From: Methanobacteriota archaeon
Lineage (GTDB): Archaea > Thermoplasmatota > E2 > DHVEG-1
NCBI GenBank assembly: GCA_043806635.1
Contig: JAZDGT010000033.1
Span: forward strand, 24,336-88,335
DNA: 64,000 nucleotides
Direction of reading: 5' to 3'
Made by a program: the position numbers and the translations under genes. Under the pieces are notes generated by a model, which did not search any database, had not been told where the DNA came from, and saw nothing but the letters and a program-made list of their open reading frames with translations. Each line of letters begins with the position of its first letter. Within the stretch, counting starts at the first letter, position 1. This document shows, in pieces, positions 57,109 through 64,000 of this stretch.

Positions 57109-57833
57109 GGTTTAGCCTCTTTTTTGTTTTTCGTGGGTGTTTTTTTCGTAGACGGTTTTTTCACGGGTTCTTTCTCCACGACTTTCCCTTCTTTCACCTC
57201 GGGGGTTTCCGAAGTAACTGGTTGTTCAGGTGCTTCCTCTTCGGTCTTCTCTGGTTTTTTCTCTGTTTTTTCCTCTTTTTTCGGTGCCGGCTCTTTTTTT
57301 TCTACAGGTTTTTTCTCTTCTGGTGGTTTCTCAGCGGTTTTTTCGAGTTCTTTCTTTTGTTGTTCTTCTTTTTTTGTTTCCTCGTCGGCTTTTTTCTTTT
57401 GTGCCTCGATTTCGACGAGTTGCTGCTGTGCTTCTTTCTCGATTTCTTTCCTGGTTTCTTCGGTGAGACCGCTTTCGAGTTTTTTCCGTCTCCATTTATC
57501 CGTAAGATTCAATTTTGTAATCAACAGATTACTAGGATGCATGGGTCTCGCGATTTTTTTTCCATCCGCTTTCACATGGGTGACCCCTTCGATTTCTACG
57601 ATTCGGTCCTTCACATTCACATGGGATATTTTATCTTCATGCCCTTTGAAACTGCCCCTCATCACCTTCACCATGTCTCCTTTAATCACGGGGATACTCC
57701 GCCGATCATATTTTAGCAGGAGTTTTTCCTCGAGGTGAGAAGCAATCCACTTCCTTTTTTTATGCAGAGGAGCATTGAAGAGGTATTTCCGTTGTTTACG
57801 TGCTTTTTTTGATTTCATGTGTAGTATCACCAC
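57105..57833 (-). CDS. rpl24: 50S ribosomal protein L24 (uL24) with about 120-aa Lys/Glu/Pro-rich C-terminal tail
   Basis: KOW core GDMVKVMRGSFKGHEDKISHV. The tail from about residue 120 is KKEEQQKKELEKTAEKPPEEKKPVEKKEPAPKKEEK… to the end. Confidence 0.8.
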   Translation of the reverse strand: MVILHMKSKKARKQRKYLFNAPLHKKRKWIASHLEEKLLLKYDRRSIPVIKGDMVKVMRGSFKGHEDKISHVNVKDRIVEIEGVTHVKADGKKIARPMHPSNLLITKLNLTDKWRRKKLESGLTEETRKEIEKEAQQQLVEIEAQKKKADEETKKEEQQKKELEKTAEKPPEEKKPVEKKEPAPKKEEKTEKKPEKTEEEAPEQPVTSETPEVKEGKVVEKEPVKKPSTKKTPTKNKKEAKP

Positions 57834-57846
57834 TTTCTTATTTTTT

Positions 57847-58245
57847 TTATACGATGGTTGATGCTAAGGATGCGATCTTCGGCCATCGTTCTGCTGCTTC
57901 AAGTGCAACCGGTCCTTTGATCATCGTACCTTTTGTTTCCCCGGTCTCCGTGATGATTACTGCAGCGTTATCCTCAAATTGCACCATTGTTCCATCTGGT
58001 CTCCGGAAGGGTCTTCGTTGTCGGATGATCACCGCTTTCATCATCTGACGTCTCATGTCAGCAGCACCTTTTTTCACACTGATAATGACCAGGTCGCCCA
58101 CCCCGGCTTTCGGGGTTCGTCGATGGACACCTTTATATCTCGGTGTCATAATAATCTGAACAACTTTTGCACCAGTGTTATCAACACAGGTTAACCGTGC
58201 GCCGACGTTTAACCCGCGCATCATTCTCCCAGCTATTCCTTTCAT
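57847..58245 (-). CDS. rpl14: 50S ribosomal protein L14 (uL14)
   Basis: [13 protein letters not shown]… 132 aa. Confidence 0.9.
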   Translation of the reverse strand: MKGIAGRMMRGLNVGARLTCVDNTGAKVVQIIMTPRYKGVHRRTPKAGVGDLVIISVKKGAADMRRQMMKAVIIRQRRPFRRPDGTMVQFEDNAAVIITETGETKGTMIKGPVALEAAERWPKIASLASTIV

Positions 58246-58267
58246 ATCGTACCAGGTCTCCTTTTTT

Positions 58268-58609
58268 TTATATCTTCTCTATCGTCACAAATGAGATGGT
58301 TTTACTCAACGGTCGGCATTCCGCGATTTTCACTTTATCCCCTGGGTTTACTTTGATGCAGGGGGGGCAATGAGCAGAATACTTTGATGAACGTTTCTCG
58401 TATCTCTCATATTTTGGAACATAATGCATATATTCTTTTTTCACTAACACCGAGTTTTTCATCTTGTTCGAGACAACCGTACCAACGATTACCTGTCCTC
58501 GGACAGATAAAACGCCGTGGAACGGGCAGTTCACATCACTGCAGCTTTCACTCGGTGGGTTTACAGGAACACCTATATTTCGTGGTTCTTTTCTTTGCTT
58601 CACACTCAT
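58268..58609 (-). CDS. rps17: 30S ribosomal protein S17 (uS17)
   Basis: OB-fold S17 with CPFHG zinc-ribbon-like N-terminus typical of archaea. 113 aa. Confidence 0.85.
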   Translation of the reverse strand: MSVKQRKEPRNIGVPVNPPSESCSDVNCPFHGVLSVRGQVIVGTVVSNKMKNSVLVKKEYMHYVPKYERYEKRSSKYSAHCPPCIKVNPGDKVKIAECRPLSKTISFVTIEKI

Positions 58610-58873
58610 TCACCTTGATTTTTTTATCCGGTCTTCCGGTCTATGAATCAATCGTATCCCTTGCACGATTACGTGGTGCCCGTTTTCGGTAAATTCAAAG
58701 GATGCCGTGGTTTTTGCAATCCGTCTCTGCGTGTTCCCTCGTTCGATGAGGAACGTGTGTTTCGTCTCATCAAGGATCACCCCGGAGAAACCAACCCCGG
58801 TTGGGTCAGTGCACTCGCGGATGGTAACCGTTCTTCCGATGAACTCGTCTTTCACGAGAGGGTATTCCGACAT
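58610..58873 (-). CDS. rnp1: Ribonuclease P protein component 1 (Rpp29/Pop4)
   Basis: EFIGRTVTIRECTDPTGVGFSGVILDETKHTFLIE. Sm-like Rpp29 core in the canonical position between L29 and S17. Confidence 0.7.
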   Translation of the reverse strand: MSEYPLVKDEFIGRTVTIRECTDPTGVGFSGVILDETKHTFLIERGNTQRRIAKTTASFEFTENGHHVIVQGIRLIHRPEDRIKKSR

Positions 58874-58956
58874 CTTAGTATCTCCTAGGATACGACTGTG
58901 TAACCATTTTTTCTGTTGAATTTCATTCCTTTTTTTTCGTCTAATATTTTTTTTTA

Positions 58957-59256
58957 TTAGTTGACTTCAACGATGAAACCCATCTTTTCTAAGGTTTCTT
59001 TTACTTTTGTCCGGTGGTCACCTTGGAGCTCAATTCTTCCTTCTTTGATCGTGCCGCCGCATGCACAGGTGGATTTCAGACTACTTATCAATGCGTTGAT
59101 GTCTAAATCGTGTGGGTTTATCCCGTTGACGATCGTCATCATTTTTCCATATCGTCGTTTATCAATAGCGATGGTAATCTTCTGTTGTTCTCGTGCGATT
59201 TCTTCACAGACACAGATCTCTTTTGGTAGACCACATTTCGTGCATATCTCACTCAT
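58957..59256 (-). CDS. Translation initiation factor SUI1 (aIF1)
   Basis: QKITIAIDKRRYGKMMTIVNGI… SUI1 fold. 99 aa. Confidence 0.8.
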   Translation of the reverse strand: MSEICTKCGLPKEICVCEEIAREQQKITIAIDKRRYGKMMTIVNGINPHDLDINALISSLKSTCACGGTIKEGRIELQGDHRTKVKETLEKMGFIVEVN

Positions 59257-59456
59257 TGTGTTTCTCCTTTCTCCCGCATGATCGTAAGGATCTTGGCGAT
59301 GGACATCCGTATCTGCCTGATTTTCCCAGGTGATGCCGGTGAACCACCCATTGCTGCGACCCCTCGCTCATGCATCAGTTCTTCTTTCAACTCTTTGAGT
59401 TTTACCTTCCGTTCATCAGGGTTGAACTCCCTGATTTCTTTCGCTTTGAGCACCAT
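59253..59456 (-). CDS. rpl29: 50S ribosomal protein L29 (uL29)
   Basis: MVLKAKEIREFNPDERKVKLKELKEELMHERG, 67 aa. Confidence 0.8.
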   Translation of the reverse strand: MVLKAKEIREFNPDERKVKLKELKEELMHERGVAAMGGSPASPGKIRQIRMSIAKILTIMREKGETQ

Positions 59457-60329
59457 TTATGCATCGCCTTCTTCTAACACTTTTTTCAGTTTTTTAATAA
59501 TCGTCTCAGCAGTTTTCTTCCCGATGCCGTTAATCGACATGAGTTCAATGGTATCCATCTCATAGAGTTCTTCGAGGGATTTGACCCCGGCTTTCTTCAG
59601 TTTTTTTACGACTGACGGTCCGATACCTTGAATATCCGTGATTTTTTGGATATCAGTTACTTTTTCTGCAGACGGTTCAATTACTTTTTTCTCAGGAGGG
59701 ACTTCTTTTTTGGTTTCTTCTTTCTTCGCTTCAGGTATAATCACTTTGAACTCGTCAGGAAGTTTAGCATTGGGTCTCATAATCCGGATTTTTACTCCTA
59801 ACACGCCAGGTTTCAGTTTCGCGGTTGCGTACCCGACATCCATGACTTGTTTTGCGGTTTCACCACAATACTTAATGTGTCCTTCGGTGAATTTCTCTGT
59901 TCGATGACGCTCACCCGTGAGCTTCCCAGCGATAATCACCTGGCATCCTTTCGCTCCCGCGTTCATGATTCGTCTCACCGTGGAATGTCCAGCACGTCGG
60001 AAATGCCATCCTCGTTCCAATGCCTCCGCAAGTTTCTCTGCCATGATCTGTGCGTTCACCGACGCGTTCGAACCAGCCTCCTGGATCTCGATCTGGGGGT
60101 TGTCCACATTATATCTGGTTTTAATCGTCTCGGTTAACTCTTTGATTTTCACTCCGCCTTTCCCGATAACAATACCTGGGCGTTCAACGAGGATATTAAT
60201 CCGTGTCCCAATAGGGGTTCGTTGAATAGTCATTCCACCGAATCCTGCGCCTTCTATCTCCTGAACCAAGAATTTTTTAATTAAAGATCTTTTCGTATTT
60301 TCCTTGATGAATTTCCGCTCATTCGTCAT
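59457..60329 (-). CDS. rps3: 30S ribosomal protein S3 (uS3)
   Basis: KH domain (VIGKGGVKIKEL). C-terminal HhH-like lysine-rich tail. 290 aa. Confidence 0.9.
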   Translation of the reverse strand: MTNERKFIKENTKRSLIKKFLVQEIEGAGFGGMTIQRTPIGTRINILVERPGIVIGKGGVKIKELTETIKTRYNVDNPQIEIQEAGSNASVNAQIMAEKLAEALERGWHFRRAGHSTVRRIMNAGAKGCQVIIAGKLTGERHRTEKFTEGHIKYCGETAKQVMDVGYATAKLKPGVLGVKIRIMRPNAKLPDEFKVIIPEAKKEETKKEVPPEKKVIEPSAEKVTDIQKITDIQGIGPSVVKKLKKAGVKSLEELYEMDTIELMSINGIGKKTAETIIKKLKKVLEEGDA

Positions 60330-60332
60330 ACT

Positions 60333-60779
60333 TTATTCCGCCTCTTCCAGGATAATTTCAATATCGGTCGTGTTCTCATCTTTATCCGTGGCGTTTCCAT
60401 GCGCTCGGGGCATCATCCCATGGAGCGCTCGTCCGCGATACGCAGAAATATGGATGATTTTCATGTTTTCGATATCAAACCCTTTATACTCTGCATTATT
60501 CTCCGCGTTCTCTAGTATCTTCAGCATGTATTGCGCTGCTTTTTTCGGGAAACTCCCTGGACCTATCCCTTTTTGATGATGCACTTTTTGTTTATGATAG
60601 ACTGCAGGAAGCGGACGTTTTAACGCGATGATGTCCTCAAGATATTTTTTCGCTTTTTCTGTCTTCAGCCCTCGTAACGCATACGCAAGATTTACTGAAT
60701 CCTTCGGGGAACAATGGAGTTCGTACCCGTAGGCTTTCGCGGTTTTCTCAGCATCGACCTTTGTTGAATATTTCGCCAT
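60333..60779 (-). CDS. rpl22: 50S ribosomal protein L22 (uL22)
   Basis: 148 aa. L22 beta-hairpin region HISAYRGRALHGMMPRAHG. Confidence 0.85.
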   Translation of the reverse strand: MAKYSTKVDAEKTAKAYGYELHCSPKDSVNLAYALRGLKTEKAKKYLEDIIALKRPLPAVYHKQKVHHQKGIGPGSFPKKAAQYMLKILENAENNAEYKGFDIENMKIIHISAYRGRALHGMMPRAHGNATDKDENTTDIEIILEEAE

Positions 60780-60789
60780 AGTTCTATCC

Positions 60790-61242
60790 TCACTTCAACG
60801 GCATAAATTTGGATCCTCTGGTTGCACCAACACCAGGTCCTGTATGCTTTGGTCTCTTTCTCGTTAACGCAAACTCTCCAAGATAATGACCGACCATCTG
60901 TGGTTGAATATCCACTCGTTGGAACTCTTTCCCGGTATAGATTTCTATACGATGACCGATGAAATCAGGGAGGATAACCATGTCACGACAATGAGTTTTA
61001 ATGATGTCCCCATGTTGCGCTTTCTTTACATCCTCCAAGAGTTTGTTTTGTCTCTTCGTCAACCCTCGTTTTAAGGTTCTGCGGACACGAGACGAGAGCA
61101 ACGGCATCAGCTCATCAAGTGAAAGCCCCTGTAACTGTTCTAAAGAGAGTCCGTGATAATGGAATTCTTTTTTCCGGACCTCGACTCGTCTCCGCTGCTG
61201 TTTTTTTCTGCTTTTCGATGATCCAGGAAATACGTCTGCCAT
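60790..61242 (-). CDS. rps19: 30S ribosomal protein S19 (uS19)
   Basis: IGHRIEIYTGKEFQRVDIQPQMVGHYLGEFALTRK. 150 aa. Confidence 0.85.
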   Translation of the reverse strand: MADVFPGSSKSRKKQQRRRVEVRKKEFHYHGLSLEQLQGLSLDELMPLLSSRVRRTLKRGLTKRQNKLLEDVKKAQHGDIIKTHCRDMVILPDFIGHRIEIYTGKEFQRVDIQPQMVGHYLGEFALTRKRPKHTGPGVGATRGSKFMPLK

Positions 61243-61249
61243 CTACTTC

Positions 61250-61954
61250 TTACCTCCGTCCAGTCCGTTTCGGTGCAATATGCCCGACTTTTCTCCCCGG
61301 TGGCGCACCACGAGAAACACTACTGGGTTTCCCGATATGCTGATGACTCCCTCCACCATGAGGATGATCAACCGGGTTCATCGCAGTCCCACGAACAATC
61401 GGGTACAGTCGTCCTTTTCTCCGTCGAGCCCAGTATTTCTTACCTGCTTTCATAAACGGTTTATCCTTCCGACCGCCACCAGCGGGGATACCAATAGTCG
61501 CTCGACACATGGAATTTAATGTTTTAAACTGACCTGAAGGAAGCCGAATACTCGTCCCCTGTGCGTCATGGGATACAATCGCCGCGTTACTCCCACCCGC
61601 ACGAACAAGCTTCCCCCCATCACCCGGTTTCATCTCTATATTATACACAGGAAACCCTTCAGGAATCTTACCAATCGGTATCACATTGCCGATCTCACAG
61701 TCTTTTTTCTCCGTAAAACGAAGCTCATGACCAACCATGATTCCCTCAGGAGCAATCATCAACGTTTTTGTGTTATTCTCCATTCGAACTCGTACCAAAG
61801 GAGACGACCGACCAGGATCATGAAGCAGTTCTTCAACCGTACCAACCGCCTCTTTATCCCGAATATATTTCACGTCCCCTCGGTTCTTATGAGACGCAAC
61901 ATTAAATCGACCCCGGACACGCCCACGTCTTTGCTGGATAAGATTCTTCCCCAT
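61250..61954 (-). CDS. rpl2: 50S ribosomal protein L2 (uL2)
   Basis: GGGRKDKPF…, MNPVDHPHGGG. 234 aa. Confidence 0.9.
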   Translation of the reverse strand: MGKNLIQQRRGRVRGRFNVASHKNRGDVKYIRDKEAVGTVEELLHDPGRSSPLVRVRMENNTKTLMIAPEGIMVGHELRFTEKKDCEIGNVIPIGKIPEGFPVYNIEMKPGDGGKLVRAGGSNAAIVSHDAQGTSIRLPSGQFKTLNSMCRATIGIPAGGGRKDKPFMKAGKKYWARRRKGRLYPIVRGTAMNPVDHPHGGGSHQHIGKPSSVSRGAPPGRKVGHIAPKRTGRR

Positions 61955-61966
61955 AGTTCACCTTCC

Positions 61967-62224
61967 TTAGAATATACCAATCCTCATGCCAATATCCTCG
62001 GCTTTCACCTCAGGCATGAATATCACTAACGCATGTTTCCCATCTTTCGCAATCTTCGTATTCACTGTTTTCACCTTCACCTCAAACATCCGCTCAATCG
62101 CTTTTTTAATCTGCAGTTTCGTCGCATTCCGTTTCACCACAAACTCTAACGCGTTATTGTTCTCCATCTGATTCATCGTCTTCTCAGTCACATACGGATG
62201 AAAAATAATATCAAAAGGATCCAT
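61967..62224 (-). CDS. rpl23: 50S ribosomal protein L23 (uL23)
   Basis: 85 aa, IIFHPYVTEKTMNQME…. Confidence 0.85.
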   Translation of the reverse strand: MDPFDIIFHPYVTEKTMNQMENNNALEFVVKRNATKLQIKKAIERMFEVKVKTVNTKIAKDGKHALVIFMPEVKAEDIGMRIGIF

Positions 62225-62226
62225 AC

Positions 62227-62988
62227 CTACTTCACACCCCCAATCTGTTTCAACGCAGACGCAGTCAACACCGTTAACCGTCCCGCAATCCCCCCCGGAG
62301 CAAGATACTCAACATTTATCATATTCGGTGAAATAATATCAACACCCATCAGATTCCGAGAGCTTTTCTTAATCTCCGGTTTCGTCGACACAATCAACAC
62401 GGATTTCGGCGTCCGGTATTTTCGTCCTCGTCGTTTCCCTTTCCCTGCACGAATATGCTTCCCATTCACCGAGCGAAGAACATCATCATACACACCAATT
62501 TTCTGCAAAATAGCAACGACATCCTTCGTCTTCTTCACTTTCTCAAACGCATCATCAACAACAATCGGTAACGTAAGTTTCTCATCAAATCGATGACCCC
62601 GCGTAAAAACAAGGGTTTTATCCATGGTGGCTGCTAACGCTGAATTCCGCGCGAACATCCCCTCTTTTTTATTCATTTTCTCCTTCCAATTCCGCTCGAC
62701 CTTCGGAGGATGCGCACGACGACCACCCACCACACAAGGAGCTAACGCCGCAGTACGCCCCTGTGCTAAACGAGGGACACGAGACATACCACGACCTTTC
62801 CCAACCGAGGCAACCGAATGTTTCGCACCTGCGAGAGGATCAGAACCATACGGTTGTCGTTTATTCGAAGACAGAACCCAAAACGATTTTTTAATCAGAT
62901 CTGGACGATATGGTGTCTGAAATACTACGGGTAAATCGATTTTCTCTTTTACAGAACCATCCATACCATACACATTCACCTTTGTCAT
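62227..62988 (-). CDS. rpl4: 50S ribosomal protein L4 (uL4)
   Basis: 253 aa, archaeal L1e/L4 family. Confidence 0.85.
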   Translation of the reverse strand: MTKVNVYGMDGSVKEKIDLPVVFQTPYRPDLIKKSFWVLSSNKRQPYGSDPLAGAKHSVASVGKGRGMSRVPRLAQGRTAALAPCVVGGRRAHPPKVERNWKEKMNKKEGMFARNSALAATMDKTLVFTRGHRFDEKLTLPIVVDDAFEKVKKTKDVVAILQKIGVYDDVLRSVNGKHIRAGKGKRRGRKYRTPKSVLIVSTKPEIKKSSRNLMGVDIISPNMINVEYLAPGGIAGRLTVLTASALKQIGGVK

Positions 62989-62992
62989 CGTC

Positions 62993-63985
62993 TTACACCC
63001 CTTGTTTACTCATGGTAGACACATAGGAAATCTCAGGTTTCTCAACTTTCACACCACGTTTATACCGGATAGCATCACGCATACTCACCATGCGTTTCGT
63101 AGGACCAGGAATAGACCCGTGAAGGAGAACATACGAATTCCGAACCACACCATACTGAGGGAATCCTCCCGCAGGTGTGATCTCCTCTCCTTTCTCACCA
63201 ATTTTCAGGACACGTTTGTTATACTCAGTTCTTTGATGATACCCGGTTTGTCCTGCTTGAGGAACCGTCGCCTGTATCCAGTTCGGATGCCAGGAACCAG
63301 CAGTACCAATCATACGTCGATGTTTCGAGTTTTTATGAAAAAGCAGTTTCACTCCCCACCGTTTCACGACACCTTGGAATCCTTTCCCTTTCGTCACCGC
63401 GATGATATCCAACATGTCTCCTTCTTTCACCGCATCATTAATCGTGATATCTTTCCCGAGGATGTCTTTCGCATAGGCAGCTTGTTGTTCGAAGGTTCCG
63501 CCACTGACCCGTACTTCTCGTATCTCCGGTTTCTTTTTTGGTATACTCGTGACCAGTTTAGGTTGTGTGTACACGAGAACTCGGAGTTCATCGAAGTCTT
63601 TCAGGAGCTCCCAGTTTTTCTTGACATCTTTTTTAGGGAGTGGTAAACGTTTTGATAATTCAGGATCAAGTTTCTCCGCCCAGATTTCACCAGTGGTATG
63701 TAAACCGTGATGAGTTCTTTTATACACGCGAATCGCAGCGATTTTTATCGGCGGAGTCTCCACAACAGACACCGGCATGATGACTTCTCGCCCTGATGTG
63801 GTTGACGTCGGACGATAATCGACAATGAATGCATGGGTCATCCCTGCTTTATAGCCAAGGAATCCTTGGATCTTTGGTTTTTCTCCGCCTTCAGGCCAAC
63901 TCGTGATATGCGGAGTCTCCGCTCGTGCTCGTTTTCGGGGTGAATACCCATGGGATCCTCTTTTTGGATGGTGTATATCCGGCAT
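62993..63985 (-). CDS. rpl3: 50S ribosomal protein L3 (uL3)
   Basis: MPDIHHPKRGSHGYSPRKRA… 330 aa. First gene of the cluster. The start lies 15 nt from the window end. Confidence 0.9.
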   Translation of the reverse strand: MPDIHHPKRGSHGYSPRKRARAETPHITSWPEGGEKPKIQGFLGYKAGMTHAFIVDYRPTSTTSGREVIMPVSVVETPPIKIAAIRVYKRTHHGLHTTGEIWAEKLDPELSKRLPLPKKDVKKNWELLKDFDELRVLVYTQPKLVTSIPKKKPEIREVRVSGGTFEQQAAYAKDILGKDITINDAVKEGDMLDIIAVTKGKGFQGVVKRWGVKLLFHKNSKHRRMIGTAGSWHPNWIQATVPQAGQTGYHQRTEYNKRVLKIGEKGEEITPAGGFPQYGVVRNSYVLLHGSIPGPTKRMVSMRDAIRYKRGVKVEKPEISYVSTMSKQGV

Positions 63986-64000
63986 ATATGATACCCTCTA

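Noticed and set aside
57078-57738. Two long plus-strand ORFs (212 and 213 aa) rich in Phe/Leu/Ser
   Set aside because: They are antisense to the Lys/Glu-rich tail of rpl24 and the rps4e start. AAG/GAA repeats read as CTT/TTC on the other strand. They are not genes.
1-64000. Search for CRISPR arrays, rRNA genes, IS elements and integrase/recombinase genes
   Set aside because: No short regularly spaced direct repeats, no rRNA-like segments, no transposase or tyrosine/serine-recombinase motifs were found in any ORF. The tRNA-linked repeats are spaced kilobases apart and are not CRISPR-like.

Overview
This is an archaeal chromosomal segment of roughly 40% GC. Archaea-specific proteins make the assignment clear: eS4, eL19, eL32, the RFC large subunit, prefoldin alpha, RNase P Rpp29, SUI1/aIF1, RpoK and an archaeal-type L30.

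The 3' third (50.4-64.0 kb, minus strand) is a nearly complete S10/spc-type ribosomal protein operon running L3 to L30. It then breaks off into an unknown 81-aa ORF, rpoK and S2 rather than continuing to L15/SecY.

The 5' two-thirds mixes housekeeping genes with accessory DNA. Housekeeping genes are ftsY, pyrH, rfcL, purH, tgtA-like, corA, ltaE, an ABC-2 transporter, AOR, hom and an aminotransferase.

There are three main discoveries.

(1) A bacterial-type glutaminyl-tRNA synthetase gene sits between two tRNA-Gln genes (CUG and UUG isoacceptors) inside this otherwise archaeal locus. This looks like a transferred direct-glutaminylation module.

(2) Two tRNA genes, tRNA-Val(TAC) and tRNA-Ser(GCT), are each followed by an array of gene cassettes. 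The cassettes are separated by repeated copies of the tRNA 3' end, as expected for att-like junctions of serial integrations. No integrase is present. The cassettes carry an orphan AAA ATPase, VapBC, a DUF488-fusion gene pair, a metabolic block, an Mrp antiporter operon and a GT4 glycosyltransferase.

(3) An OsmC/Ohr-family gene is frameshifted at an A7/T7 run.

No rRNA genes or CRISPR arrays were seen.
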